A stretch of 63,745 bases of DNA, filler included, from Reclinomonas americana ATCC 50394 (GCA_048213135.1; 8 parts of 4 records of this genome joined end to end with filler, not necessarily neighbours in it); one strand, 5' to 3'. Positions 11,634-24,763 are shown, counted from the first letter of the whole stretch. The notes: generated by a model not told the origin, from the sequence alone. A program made the numbers and translations.

Positions 11634-13535
11634 CCTGCCTTCTCCTCCCTTCTTCTGCCTTCCCCTCCCTTCTCTAATCTTCTCCTGTCTCCTCCTCCCT
11701 CCTCCTCCCTCCTCCTGCCTTCTCCTGCCTCCTCCTCCCTTCACATCCCTTCTCCTGCCATCTCCTCCGTTCTCCTGCCTTCTTCTGCCTTCTCCTCCCT
11801 CCTCCTGCCTTCTCCTGCCTTCTCCTGTCTCCTCCTGCCTTCTCCTCCCNNNNNNNNNNNNNNNNNNNNNNNNNNNNNNNNNNNNNNNNNNNNNNNNNNN
11901 NNNNNNNNNNNNNNNNNNNNNNNNNNNNNNNNNNNNNNNNNNNNNNNNNNNNNNNNNNNNNNNNNNNNNNNNNNNNNNNNNNNNNNNNNNNNNNNNNNNN
12001 NNNNNNNNNNNNNNNNNNNNNNNNNNNNNNNNNNNNNNNNNNNNNNNNNNNNNNNNNNNNNNNNNNNNNNNNNNNNNNNNNNNNNNNNNNNNNNNNNNNN
12101 NNNNNNNNNNNNNNNNNNNNNNNNNNNNNNNNNNNNNNNNNNNNNNNNNNNNNNNNNNNNNNNNNNNNNNNNNNNNNNNNNNNNNNNNNNNNNNNNNNNN
12201 NNNNNNNNNNNNNNNNNNNNNNNNNNNNNNNNNNNNNNNNNNNNNNNNNNNNNNNNNNNNNNNNNNNNNNNNNNNNNNNNNNNNNNNNNNNNNNNNNNNN
12301 NNNNNNNNNNNNNNNNNNNNNNNNNNNNNNNNNNNNNNNNNNNNNNNNNNNNNNNNNNNNNNNNNNNNNNNNNNNNNNNNNNNNNNNNNNNNNNNNNNNN
12401 NNNNNNNNNNNNNNNNNNNNNNNNNNNNNNNNNNNNNNNNNNNNNNNNNNNNNNNNNNNNNNNNNNNNNCCTCCTCCTGCCTTCTCCTGCCTTCTCCTGT
12501 CTCCTCCTGCCTTCTCCTCCCTCCTCCTCTCTTCTCCTGCCTTCTCCTCCCTTCTCCTGCCTTCCCTCCCTTCTCTTCTCTTCCCCTGCCTCCTCCTGCT
12601 TTCTCCTGCCTTCCCTCCCTTCTCTTCTCTTCTCCTGCCTTCCCCTCCCTGCTCCTGCCATCTCCTCCGTTCTCCTGCCTTCTTCTGCCTTCTTCTGCCT
12701 TCTCCTGCCTTCTCCTCTCTTCTCCCTTCTCTTCTCTTCTCCTGCCTTCTCCACCCTTCTCCTCCCTTCCCCTGCCTTCTCCTGCCTTCTTCTGCCTTCT
12801 TCTGCCTTCTCCTGCCTCCTCCTGCCTCCTCCTGCCTTCTCCTCCCTTCTCCTCCCTTCTCCTGCCTTCCCCTCCCTTCTCCTGCCTCCTCCTCCCTTCT
12901 CTTCTCTTCTCCTGCCTCCTCCTCCCTCCTCCTCCCTTCCTATCCCTTCACCTCCCTCCTCCTCCCTCCTCCTGCCTTCTCCTCCCTTCATATCCCTTCT
13001 CCTCTCTTCTCCCTTCTCTTCTCTTCTCCTGCCTTCTCCTGCCTCCTCCTCCCTTCTCCTCCCTTCCCCTGCCTTCTCCTGCCTCCTCCTCCCTTCTCCT
13101 CCCTTCTCCCGCTTTCTCCTCTCTTCTTCTCCCTCCCCCTCCCTCCTCCTCCCTTCACATCCCTTCTCCTGCCTTCTCCTGCCTTCTCCTGCCTTCTCAT
13201 CCCTTTTTCTGCCTTCTCCTGCCTCCTCCTCCCTCCTCCTCCCTTCACATCCCTTCTCCTGCCTTCCCCTCCCTTCTCCTCCCTCCTTCTGCCTTCTCCT
13301 CTCTTCTCCTGCCTTCTCCTCTCTTCTCCTGCCTTCTCCTGCCTTCTCCTGCCTTCTCCTGCCTTCTCATCCCTTCTCCCGCCTTCTCCTCCCTTCTCTT
13401 CTCCCCCTCTTCTCATTAGTCCTCCTCCCTCTCCTCCCCTCTCCTCCCTTCTCCTGCCTCCTCCCTTCTCCTGCCTCCTCCTCTCTTCTCCTGCCTTCTC
13501 CTCTCTTCTCCTCCCTTCTCCTGCCTTCTCCCTTC
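11634..13535. repeat. Degenerate pyrimidine-rich 10-mer satellite (CTTCTCCTGC-like), with an internal N gap
   Basis: Directly visible tandem repeat. Confidence 0.9.
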
Positions 13536-14939
13536 CCTGACAAACAAACACACACACACACACACACACACNNNNNNNNNNNNNNNNNNNNNNNNNNNNN
13601 NNNNNNNNNNNNNNNNNNNNNNNNNNNNNNNNNNNNNNNNNNNNNNNNNNNNNNNNNNNNNNNNNNNNNNNNNNNNNNNNNNNNNNNNNNNNNNNNNNNN
13701 NNNNNNNNNNNNNNNNNNNNNNNNNNNNNNNNNNNNNNNNNNNNNNNNNNNNNNNNNNNNNNNNNNNNNNNNNNNNNNNNNNNNNNNNNNNNNNNNNNNN
13801 NNNNNNNNNNNNNNNNNNNNNNNNNNNNNNNNNNNNNNNNNNNNNNNNNNNNNNNGGTCGGTATCCAGAAGCATCGGATTGCTTCACACCAGCGACGATG
13901 AGGCACGCAGTCTATAGAACGCTTCAGTCCGGCGTGGGAGAGCGTGAGGCTATTGCAGCGTGCAAGGTCGTGGTAACCGGCGCCGATGAGTAGGCGGCCC
14001 GTACACTGGATACAGAGATGGTCTGCAGCGCGCGATCGGTCACCGTCGTCAGCGCAACCTTGATGGGTGAGAGTAAAGAGAAACTGCCGCTCTTCACTCA
14101 TCGATGCATTGAAGAGGAAGAGCGAGAGGGCAAGAGCTCACGGAGACAGCCCTTGAGCAGCATCCAAGACTGCTGCCACCAGTACCTGCACGCGCACCTG
14201 CCAATCAGGTGGTCAGAGCCATAGACACGACAACCTGACCACAATGTCATGACGACTCGAAACGCAACCAGTGCAATCAACCGCAGCAGTTGCTCCGTGA
14301 ATAACGCGGCATGTGAGCGACATCATCGGTGGTGGTAGCCGCTGTGGCTCTTGCGCTTGCACGCGCAGCCTTGTCGGCGCCCTTGGCCCGGTCGGCTGCG
14401 CGTACTATCAATCGAGCAGCCTTCACCCGCGTTCGAGGCGTCATGTCATCCTCATCCTCATACTCATCGGAGCTGTCCACATCGCCAGCGACTAGCACTT
14501 CTCGATCGTAATCGTTCTCGCTGTCCTCGAGCTCGAGATCCTTGACCTCGTCGTCTCCATCATCGGCACTGCTAGATAACCACCGCCGCATGCAGCAGAT
14601 GGTTGTCGGATGCAATCGCTGGCTGCCGAGCTGCGGGCATGATTGGCGGCTGCGGTGGTGAACGACACCTGGTACGAGGTGGAGTTGTCGCGCTCGCGAA
14701 CGTATCACACGCCCAGTTGCCACTGTGGGGGGAGAGCAGCTGTCGGCCCAGTGGCTGTGGCAGAGGCATGCCACGTTCTGCGGTGACACCAGAAGAGACC
14801 ACTGGAGACGTGCGCCGACTGCGCTTCACCGGTGGAGACAGAGCTGCGGTGGCGATAACTGGCCATGGAGATGACGGCACTGCTTGCCGACGTCGNNNNN
14901 NNNNNNNNNNNNNNNNNNNNNNNNNNNNNNNNNNNNNNN

Positions 14940-14951
14940 TTAATTAATTAA
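14940..14951. other. Artificial contig spacer TTAATTAATTAA between N runs (also 29751, 40692, 44184, 45876, 56524, 57940)
   Basis: An identical 12-mer with stops in all six frames, flanked by N blocks, occurs seven times. Confidence 0.95.
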
Positions 14952-16789
14952 NNNNNNNNNNNNNNNNNNNNNNNNNNNNNNNNNNNNNNNNNNNNCTCGG
15001 CGACGGGCGGTGACACAGCACTGACGCTTCGGGCACGTCGACGACTGCGCATTGACTCGCTGTCCATGCATGATCATGCATCGGCACATCTTCCGCTATG
15101 CGCGGTGAAGCCAGCACCCGCTCTCTTGGTGCACGCAGGCGCCGGGGGATGCACCTTGCTCGATCGAGTGGCCGCCACTGCACACGTCTCCACTGTCTCG
15201 GCGGCGAGGGTGGAGCGTGACAGAGGTTGTCATCTGCAAATCGGCATTCAAATGAGATGGCAGGCTGAAGGAAAATGTGCATGCGTGGAAACGACAATGC
15301 AGAGGACACACACACAGACAGACAGACAACTACAGACAGCGCTATGGCTAGCGGCTCGACTGCGAGAAAGAGAAGAGGGAGAGAGAGAGCGAGACAGGGG
15401 ATGCATTCAGAATGCAGACACACGAGCGTACGCCGTACAGCACCAGTGCCAAGGAAAGGGTACAGAACGTCAGTGCAGCCACCAAGGAGCGTTGGCAGTG
15501 CACGAGAGGGCTTGATGTGGTGTTGAGGTGGGCGAAATGGGAGACAGCAACATTGCACGCACTCACCGCCCCCNNNNNNNNNNNNNNNNNNNNNNNNNNN
15601 NNNNNNNNNNNNNNNNNNNNNNNNNNNNNNNNNNNNNNNNNNNNNNNNNNNNNNNNNNNNNNNNNNNNNNNNNNNNNNNNNNNNNNNNNNNNNNNNNNNN
15701 NNNNNNNNNNNNNNNNNNNNNNNNNNNNNNNNNNNNNNNNNNNNNNNNNNNNNNNNNNNNNNNNNNNNNNNNNNNNNNNNNNNNNNNNNNNNNNNNNNNN
15801 NNNNNNNNNNNNNNNNNNNNNNNNNNNNNNNNNNNNNNNNNNNNNNNNNNNNNNNNNNNNNGCCGATGCCGCACACGCTTGAGCGAGCGTGTCGAGGGCA
15901 TCGAAACCATTGTCACACATGATTCACCAAGTGGCGCTGCTCAACGAGTGCGCCAGCGCGTGGTATAAAAATGGCGGGAGTTTCACTGATGTTGACGGGA
16001 CTAACTATAGCAAAATTAAGCAGCAGGTTCGACACTCCCTTTAACATGTTCTTTTTGTGCACTGACGTCTTACACACTGCATCCTTGCCCCCGTTTTTTC
16101 TTCTCCCACGCTCGACCCCAGGATTTCTCTCGTACCATCCCTCCTCCCCCCCCCCCTCCTTTCTCTCACTCTCTCTCTCACTCCCTCCCTTCCTCTCGTC
16201 TGAACGCTGGTTGTTTGTGTCGTCTTTGCAACAGCTGCCTGCCTCATGTTTTATTACTCTCTCTTTCTCTGACTCGCTCTTCTTTCTCTTCCAAGAGCGG
16301 TCCACTCTGTTGCGATTGCATGTGACGCAATGGGCGCACTGTCGACAGACACTGTCACTGCGACGTCCGCTGTCTCAATACCTCCCGCTTGTTTCCTGTC
16401 CCCGGTATTCATTGTTCTCTCACACACTTGCTCTCTCTCTCTCTCTCCCTTTCTCAAACTCGGTTTCTTTGTTGTCCTCGCGTTGACAACTCTAGCACTG
16501 CTGCTGACTGTCACTTCGTGACTCACTCTTGCTCTCTCCTCTATCTCTTCGTCTTCTATGCAAACTCGGTTTCTCTGTCTTGTCTCGCGCCTACCTCTGT
16601 TGCGCTGCTGTTGACTGTCATCTTGCTTTGCAGTGGCATGCTCATGTGACTCTCTGCTTTCTCTCTTTCTCGATCTTGCGTGCATTGTTCTCGTTACCTT
16701 CGCAACAACCGCGTGCCAAGAGATCTTGCTCATGGTTTCTTCCGCACTCCACCTCTTCTATGTACTCGTTGCAAGAGCTGCCTGTCACT

Positions 16790-17170
16790 TTCTCGTGTTC
16801 ATTCTTCCGAATGCCGCCTATTCTAAGTTGTCCTTGCGACAGCTGCCTGTCTCAGGATCGCAGTCGTGTCTCTCTCTCTCTCTCATCACTCTGCCGCCTG
16901 TCTCAAGATTGCAATCGTCTTTCGCAATCCCGCTCTCTCTCTCTCTCTCTCGTGTTCATTCTTCCGAATGCCGCCTGTTCTATGTTGTCCTTGCGACAGC
17001 TGCCTGTCTCAGGATCGCAGTCGTCTCTCTCTCTCTCTCATATCACTCTGTCTGGCTGCCGCCTGTCTCAGGATTGCAATCGTCTTTCGCAATCCCGCTC
17101 TCTCTCTCTCTCTCTCTCTCTTGTGTTCATTCTTCCGAATGCCGCCTATTCTATGTTGTCCTTGCGAAGC
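16790..17170. repeat. Tandem repeat of about 160-170 bp (about 2.3 copies), probably intronic
   Basis: GTGTTCATTCTTCCGAATGCCGCCT...GTTGTCCTTGCGA recurs at about 16795, 16952 and 17123. Confidence 0.85.
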
Positions 17171-17320
17171 TGCCTTTTTCTCATGGTTTACCCCCTCTTC
17201 TTCCCTCTCTTCTCTTCCTCTCCTCCCTCCCTCCCCTTCTCCCTCCCTCTCTCCCTCTCCCTTCATCCCCCCTCCCTTTCCCTTCATTCTCCCTTCATTC
17301 TCACCCCCTTCCAAACCCAG

Positions 17321-18325
17321 GACCGGAGTGGTCTGTGTGTCGCCTCGCTGACATGCACCGCCAATGCCATTTACGATCCCCCCACTCGCCCCGGTGGCCG
17401 CCTGTACGAGATAGTTATCGGCTATAGCGGATATCTTGAGAACAGCACCAACGGCGCGCGGTCCGCTGACTACACGTGCACGGTGCGTCGCGTCTCTCAT
17501 AGCATCCTTTTTGTCGCCTTTTGTTGTTCACATCATCGCTCTCTCTCTCTCTCTGCTCCTCTGCACTCGATAGTTTCAATCTTTCCACTACTCTGGACCC
17601 TGTTATGAAAGGGGGCCGGGGGAATGCACGTGGGCGGCGGAGTTGAGACCTACGGGCGAGGAGGCACCGGCACCTGTTTCATTCAGGGCTCGTACCCGCG
17701 ACCGGGTGCCCCCGGCTGGATCGGCAAGATTACTATGCGTTCCGCGCAAGGAGCTGTTGCGTGCAACTCTCTTGTGCTTTCCGCGCACGCAGCCATTTTC
17801 ATAACTATCCTCCTCATCCTCCTCCTCTTCCTCTTCCTCTTCCTCTTCCTCTTCCTCTTCCTCTTCCTCTTCCTCTTCCTCTTCCTCATCCTCATCCTCC
17901 TTCTGTATGTGTGAACGCAGGCCGACTGCGGTATCAATATCTACTCCATTTGCCTGCGGAGCCGCGTCGCCTCGCGCGTCGTGGAAGCTGTCTTTGTCAG
18001 TTCGCAGTCCAACTGGTCTCCGATGTTCAACGGTGACCGCGTTGGAATTGTCGCCGTCAGCAACCAGTACACCACCATTGGTGGCGGCGCGCTGTTGAAC
18101 GTGTCGTACGGTACGGGCGCCACCGACTGGTGCGCCCCACTCCTGTCGGCCAACGGGCTCCACTTCTTCACCCTGGGCATGCTCACCTCGGATTCGGCGA
18201 TCACCCGCTATCAAGCTGGCTACACGTCCTCGCTCAGCATCGCGCGCAATCGCGACAAGTGTGCGGACAGTCGCTTCTCGATGATCTCCTATTCTGTGGG
18301 CATTAGAGTCAAGGTGACTGCTTAA
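17321..18325 (+). CDS. Secreted protein family copy B, C-terminal exons (5' part probably in the gap or in exon about 15862-16026)
   Basis: Spliced exons DRSGLCVASLTC... / GAGGMHVGGGVETY...TCFIQGSYP...GWIG / ADCGINIYSICLRS...GGGALLNVSYGTGATDWC...DKCADSRFSMISYSVGIRVKVTA* align with copy C. Confidence 0.7.
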
Positions 18326-18576
18326 GGAGAGGGAAAGGGAGGAGAGAGAGATAGAAGAATCCGTCTTCCTCTCTGGACTTGCGTCTGGTGCGAATGTATG
18401 CGCATGCAAGCGCAACACGCTGGCATTGTGGAATAAGGGTGTGATCACCGCAGAAGAGTAACAGACAAGCAAAACACTTCATTCTCCACATTCCAATAAT
18501 GCGATAAGGCCCACAAATCCCTTGCCGACAATGACCCTGGCACACCACATCAGTTCACCAACACACAAGCAGCTTT

Positions 18577-18894
18577 CTTGATGACCAAGTCCAGCCAAAT
18601 CCAAAACACCATTCTTGAGGCAGCAGCAAGCTTTATGTGTGTGTGCTCCGACAAGTCGAGATGAATGAGTCTCTCTGAAATTCAGTTCACGTTGCTCCAT
18701 CAACAAACAGAAAAAGCATAAGCGACTGTTCGTTGACGTCGCTTCCGTTCACTGCAGTCATTGTTTTTATATTTCTCGACAAGGAAACGCGTACGGCCTG
18801 TTCGAAGCTTATAGCGGACACTTTTAAAACCCCCACAGCGGTAAAGCTTTTGAGCCACTGCCGATAGTTTGGATGGGTGGACTTGGTCATCAAG
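18577..18894. mobile_element. MITE-like element with about 28-bp imperfect terminal inverted repeats
   Basis: CTTGATGACCAAGTCCAGCCAAATCCAAA (18577) versus inverted TTTGGATGGGTGGACTTGGTCATCAAG (18868-18894). AT-rich interior. The left arm recurs at about 21110-21228 (+) and 56580-56722 (-). No target-site duplication identified. Confidence 0.5.
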
Positions 18895-19145
18895 CTGGTT
18901 TTTGAAAAGACCGTGGCTGTTTTTCGCCGTTCTGTAGTGCAGTCGTAGACAGCTGCAACTCTTTCCAGTCACTCTTTGAACATCCCCTCCTTTCTTTCAC
19001 TCCCCCACTCCTCAGCACCAGACCAACCCAGCACAAAGATCCCAATTTTCTGCTCTCGGAAATGCAATGCAATTGTTTCGATTTCGCGCGCGCGCGAAAT
19101 CCGCCGCACAACTTTCTCCTTTCACACTGTTTGTGAGAGAAGACC

Positions 19146-20975
19146 ATGCGTGCTCCCCACACCATCTTCATCGTCGCCGCAGCCGCCGCGGTGCTGCTCA
19201 TCACCACGCTCGCCGTGGTGCAAGCGGATCCCACGAACCGCGTGCGTGCGCATGATTGTTTTTCGCGCACTCTCTCTCATCTCCTTCACACTCTCTCCTC
19301 TCTCCCTCCCTCCCTCCTCTCTCTCTCTCTCCATTGCTCCCCAGGTTGACCAGTTCTACGAGGCACTCGCTGCAGCGCAGTCGTCATCCACCACGACGGC
19401 CACAACCTCCGAATTCGAGCGTCCGCTGATCTACCAGTTCTCCGCCACTGGCGAAAAGAAACGAGGTGTCATCTCCTGCACCGTGATCGTGCCGACCGAT
19501 TATGCTCTCGTCAGCGGCGGTGTCACAGTCACCAACAATCGCGACTATCTCGGCNNNNNNNNNNNNNNNNNNNNTTCTTTCTTTCTTTCTCTCTCTCTCA
19601 GTCAAACGTGTTCGCCTTTGCGAGTCTGCCTCCCTGTTTCTCTCTCTCTCTCTGTGCTGATTCCATCTTTCCTGCATTGCCCACGCGTTGACGACGGTGC
19701 TGAGCGTCTCTTAGCAGAAATGTCATGATCGTCTTTCTCTCTCTGAACGCTGCGCCATCTTCCTGCCTGCAGCTGTCCTCGCAGCAGATGCCTGAGTAGA
19801 GATCCATGACCCTCTGCCCCACTCGCTCGCTCGCCTAAGATCGCGCGTGCTCGTCTCATTGGTTCAAAGTCGCCGTTGTCTCTCTCTCTCTGTCGAACGC
19901 CATCATTGCTGTAGTTGTCTTTCCAACAGCTACCTGTCACAAGGTCCACACTCTTCCTTATTCTCTCTCTGTCTCTCTCTCTCTTCGAACGCCGCCTTGC
20001 ATGCGCAATCACTGGTCGATGGTCTTTGTGTTCGGATCAGTGAAGTTCAGCTATTGTTGTTGTCTTTCCAATACCTGTCACAAGTTCGACGCTCTTTCTT
20101 ATTCTCTCTCTCTCTCCCTCCCTCCCTACTCGCTCCTCCTCTCCTCTCCTCNNNNNNNNNNNNNNNNNNNNCATTGTCGGACGTCTCGATAACACGGCGC
20201 TTCGCTCGGTGCGTCACTCATGCACAGCGCGTCGTCTGTCACATTATTAATGTGCTATTTACACGTCATACTCCCCTGCGCAGTTTGATATGCGGCTGGT
20301 CCCGACAGATTGTGGTGCCAACGGGAAACCCGGAACGATTGTGGGAGGCGGAGTTGGAGCTGTCAATCATAACGTATATCCGGGAACATGTTTCATTCTC
20401 GGCTCGTATCCCTACGGTGGCGGTCGCGGCATCAGTCCAAGTGGCTGGGTCGGCCGAGTTGGTTTGGTTTCCAGCCTGGGAGTGGTTGCGTTTTGTCTCA
20501 TTCTCCTTTGGCCCGGCCCCGCAGAGTTCACTTTTTTTATATCTTGTGCGAGCAGGCATCGTGCCGGATTACTACCTACACCATCTGTCTTCGCAGTCTC
20601 GTCGCTTCGCGCTCCTTGTACACGACATTTGAGAGTTCCTCATATGGGCTCAAGGACGTGATATTCAAGGGCGACTACGTTGCAGTTGCGGGCATTTTCT
20701 CTTTATACTCCCTCAATGGTGGTGGTGCGAAGCTGGACGTGACTTACGGTACGGATGCCACCGACTGGTGCCGTCCGCTCTCGTCTGCCCACGGCCTCCA
20801 CTTCCACGCCCTCGGCTTGTCGACCAAGGATCCGCAATTCCTCAGCGCGTTCCGCGGCCTCAGCGACGCGGCCTCGTTCAGTGTCCTGCGCAATCTCGAC
20901 AAGTGTGCAGCGAGCCGCTTCTCGGTGACCACGTACGCCATGGGCATCAGAGTCAGGGTGACGACGTCGATTTGA
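19146..20975 (+). CDS. Secreted protein family copy C (signal peptide + three GG-containing, probably beta-rich modules)
   Basis: MRAPHTIFIVAAAAAVLLITTLAVVQA signal peptide; modules VISCTVIVPTDYALVSGGV, TIVGGGV...TCFILGSYP...GW...TYTICLR and SLNGGGAKL...TTYAMGIRV. Small N gaps inside the gene. Confidence 0.7.
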
Positions 20976-21109
20976 TGCGTCGACGTCGGCAAGGCATTTG
21001 TCGCATTATTGCAATGTGGTGAATGAAGTGTGTTGTTGAATTCCGTGTGCATGGCAGTCAAGTGTGCGAAACAACAACAACAACAATTCATTCACCAACA
21101 AACAAGCAA

Positions 21110-21228
21110 CAGCTGTCTTGATGACCAAGTTCAACCGTATCCGAAACATCAACACAGACACCAATCTTGAGGCAGCAGCAGGTTCCTTGTGTGCGTGTGT
21201 TCGCTCTCGGAGCTCCGAACAAGTCGAG
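21110..21228 (+). repeat. Dispersed repeat copy (arm of the MITE-like family)
   Basis: CAGCTGTCTTGATGACCAAGTTCAACC...AATCTTGAGGCAGCAGCAGGTTCCTTGTGTGC matches 18570-18660 and the reverse complement of 56580-56722. Confidence 0.8.
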
Positions 21229-22554
21229 AACTGCGATCTTCACCGCATACTCCTCGTCTACGACTTCAGAGAAACCCGAGTTCGAGTAACTCCACTGGAG
21301 TCTCGACACTCTATAGACTCTTGTGTCCTCTCCTTAGTCGGCCGTCAGCTGTCGCCACCACTCTGGCTACCGCATTCTCGACCCATTGGTCGGCTCACTG
21401 ACTACTGCTCCACTGACTACCTCAAAACGATGCACCCCATCATGACTAAAGGTTTGACTTCATTTTACATGCCTCTGCTTGACAGGCTCCCGCAACGGGG
21501 CCGGTCATGCTCGTGACCAGCCCATCTCCATCTTCATGGCGTGTGTGCGACCCTTGCTGGTCACGGATCCCTTTCACCGTAACCGTGCGGACAGCTTCGA
21601 AGCACCGATGCCAGCGCCAGCACCTGCGCTTCCACGGCCGTCGAGCGTATGATCACCACAGTAGAGTACCGACCAGGTGGCTTGCTCTCCGAGGAGAGGA
21701 AGCCAACAGAAGCGAACCGAAAGGAGAGGACACAATCGTCAGGGTGTCCTCGACTGAGTGTTCGCAACTCTCCTCTCCCCTAAGTATGCAGGTAACAAGA
21801 GGACTAGATTGCTTGGTTGTCGGTGAGGGAATTGTTTGGCGGATCCCGTGTGCAGCGCGCATTCACCTGCAGTGCGGCAAATGCGATTTCGATTTCGATT
21901 TCGATATCAATCTCAACTTTTTTCACTACTTCAGTTTCTTGTGCTCACTTAAGATGGCAATCTTCATGCAGCTTGAGCCGCAGCCACCGCAATTTCAATA
22001 TCGAGAATGTCTCAGGCATACTTGTACCGCCGGCCACGATCCGGATCCATGGCATGTTCATCTAGATGCGGTGACCGCGGCAATCAGCTGCAGCGCCCTG
22101 CTGACCTTGGTGCACAAAAGTGTTCGAATTCAGAATCCCGATGAACCAACAGTCACCATATAACTCTTTTCTCGCCCGCCTCGCGCGCACCTCCCTTCCC
22201 CCCCTTTCCTCCCTTCCTCTCTCCCACCATGTCCGCCTCCCCTTTCGACGGCCCATCATCGCCAACGCCCGAGAGTCCTCGCAGTCCACCGCCCTCGTCC
22301 GCTCTCCGTCACACACCCTCCAAGGGCACTCCTCGCGTTGTGCGCAAGCCAGTCATTGTTGAAGAAGAACGTTCTGTGCATGCTGCTGCTGCTTCTGTGC
22401 TTGCTGCTGCTATTTCGGTCAACTCACTGCTGCACTCGATGTCTCAGCGTATGACTTTCCCGCCGAGAAGATGTTGCCCGAGTCGGACACGTTGCGCGAG
22501 AGGAGGAGTGGTGGAAGAGTGGTGGTGGAGGAGAAGAGTGAGAGGGTGAGAGGG

Positions 22555-22930
22555 CAAGTGGTGATCTTGATGAGTGTGTAAGTAATGCAGATGACAACTG
22601 AGAGATGAGAGAGAAAGAGAGTGAGTGAGTGAGAGAGAGGGAGAGAGAGTGAGTGAGTGTGTGTGTATGTGGAGAAGGAGAAGGGGGAGAGTGGAGGGGA
22701 GTGAGAGGGGAAGTGATGATCAAGTGATGATCTTGATGATTGTGTTTTGTGATGCAGATGACAACTGAGAGATGAGAGAGAAAGAGAGTGAGTGAGTGAG
22801 TGAGTGAGTGAGTGAGAGAGAGAGAGTGGAGAAGGAGAAGGGGGAGAGTGGAGGGGAAGGAGAGGGAAAGTGATGATCAAGTGATGATCAAGTGATGATC
22901 TTTGCTGATTGTGTAAGTGATGCAGATGAC

Positions 22931-22974
<44 letters not shown>

Positions 22975-22995
22975 AGAAAGAGAGAGAATGAGTGA

Positions 22996-23034
<39 letters not shown>

Positions 23035-23120
23035 TGGAGAAGGAGAAGGGGGAGAGTGGAGGGTAGTGATGATCAAGTGATGATCTTGATGATGTTGTCA
23101 GTGATGCAGATGACAACTGA
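22555..23120. repeat. Four-copy composite minisatellite (TGATGATCAAG...GATGCAGATGACAACTGA plus GA/GT microsatellite)
   Basis: The unit core recurs at about 22557, 22712, 22868 and 23065. Confidence 0.85.
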
Positions 23121-23256
23121 GTGAGTGAGTGAGTGAGTGAGTGAGAGTGTGTGTGTGAGAGAGAGAAGAACTTGCGTGTTGAGCGGAGAGAGAGGACAGA
23201 AGAGGAGATAATCAGCTCTGCTAATCGTTCGTTGTGTGGGTGTGTTAAGCATCACT

Positions 23257-23302
<46 letters not shown>

Positions 23303-24763
23303 TAGTAAGTAGTGTTGTTCGTAGTACGTACGGAACGAACGGTACGGTACGTCCTCTCTACGAACTAACGTAGGTAGGTGGTAGGGAGGGAGAGACGGAG
23401 GAGGAGGNNNNNNNNNNNNNNNNNNNNACGTGTAGTAGTACGTAGTACGTAGTAGTAGGTAGTAGTAGTGACGTAGGGATAGGGAGCGAGAGAGAGAGAG
23501 AGAGAGAGAGAGTAGAGAGAGAGAGAGAGTGTAACAGTGTGTTCTGACTGGACAAGTCGGAGTCTCTCTGACAACTGAGTGTGAGGGAGAGCGAGAGTGG
23601 ACGAGAAGCGATCTGTTGAGCAGATGATGTCTCTGACAACTGAGAGAGAGAGAGAGAAATAGAGTGTGCATGTTTTGCGAGAGAAGAATGCGAGCTGTGA
23701 TGAAGACTGCTGACGATCTTTTGAGTTGCATTTCGAGTTGTCTTGCTCTAACAAGAGATACAGAAGAGTGAGGGTAAGAATGCGAAGCAGGGGCTCGCTG
23801 CTAAATTGCAGCAGTCTCTTACATCCGGGAGAAGCACAGCAGGAAACAACAGAAACAGTGCCGAGAAAACTGCAAAACTGACTCTCTGTCTCTCTCCGCC
23901 CTCTCCTGCTCTCTGTTTCTCTCTTTTGTTTAATTGTCTCGTTCTTTCATTCTTTATTCCACTCTCTCTTTCCCCTTCGCTCTCTCCCCTTCCCCCCTCT
24001 TTTTGTCTATCTCCCCCACCCTCTCCTGATTTCTCCCCACTTCCCTCCTTCTCTCCCTCCTCCCCTCCCGCTCTCTCTTTCTCTCTCTCTCTCTCCGCTC
24101 TCTCTCTCTCTCTCGTACGCCGAACGGACGGAGTAGTACGGTACGAGACAGTAAGTAGTGAGAGGTAACGAAAGAAGGACGTAGTANNNNNNNNNNNNNN
24201 NNNNNNNNNNNNNNNNNNNNNNNNNNNNNNNNNNNNNNNNNNNNNNNNNNNNNNNNNNNNNNNNNNNNNNNNNNNNNNNNNNNNNNNNNNNNNNNNNNNN
24301 NNNNNNNNNNNNNNNNNNNNNNNNNNNNNNNNNNNNNNNNNNNNNNNNNNNNNNNNNNNNNNNNNNNNNNNNNNNNNNNNNNNNNNNNNNNNNNNNNNNN
24401 NNNNNNNNNNNNNNNNNNNNNNNNNNNNNNNNNNNNNNNNNNNNNNNNNNNNNNNNNNNNNNNNNNNNNNNNNNNNNNNNNNNNNNNNNNNNNNNNNNNN
24501 NNNNNNNNNNNNNNNNNNNNNNNNNNNNNNNNNNNNNNNNNNNNNNNNNNNNNNNNTTCCCGTTTCCCTTCCCGTTTTTCCGTTTTTCCGTCTTTCCTTC
24601 TTCCTTCTTCTTTCTTTCTTTTACTTCTTCTTCTTCTTCTTCTTCTCTCTCTCTCTCTCTCTCTCTCCTCCTCCTTCCTTCCTTCCTCTCCTCCCTCCCT
24701 CCTCTCTCTCTCCTCCTCCTCCTCTCTCCTCCTCCCTCCTCTCTCTCTCTCTCTCTCTCTCTC

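Noticed and set aside
11619..13901. 760-aa ORF and other long X-containing ORFs
   Set aside because: Stop-free satellite sequence plus N runs.
13856..15573. Coding-like GC-rich sequence with an acidic minus-strand stretch (14277-14789)
   Set aside because: I could not build a consistent spliced model or recognise a motif; it may be a gene or transposon fragment.
22555..23120. Possible C/D-box snoRNA array (GTGATGA...CTGA in each unit)
   Set aside because: TGATGA is repeated several times per unit, there is no consistent C'/D' pair or terminal stem, and I recognised no rRNA complement. It reads as a minisatellite; snoscan would settle it.
23300..24186. GTAC/TACG-rich patches beside gaps (also 1-50)
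   Set aside because: They resemble low-quality pyrosequencing read ends rather than biological repeats.
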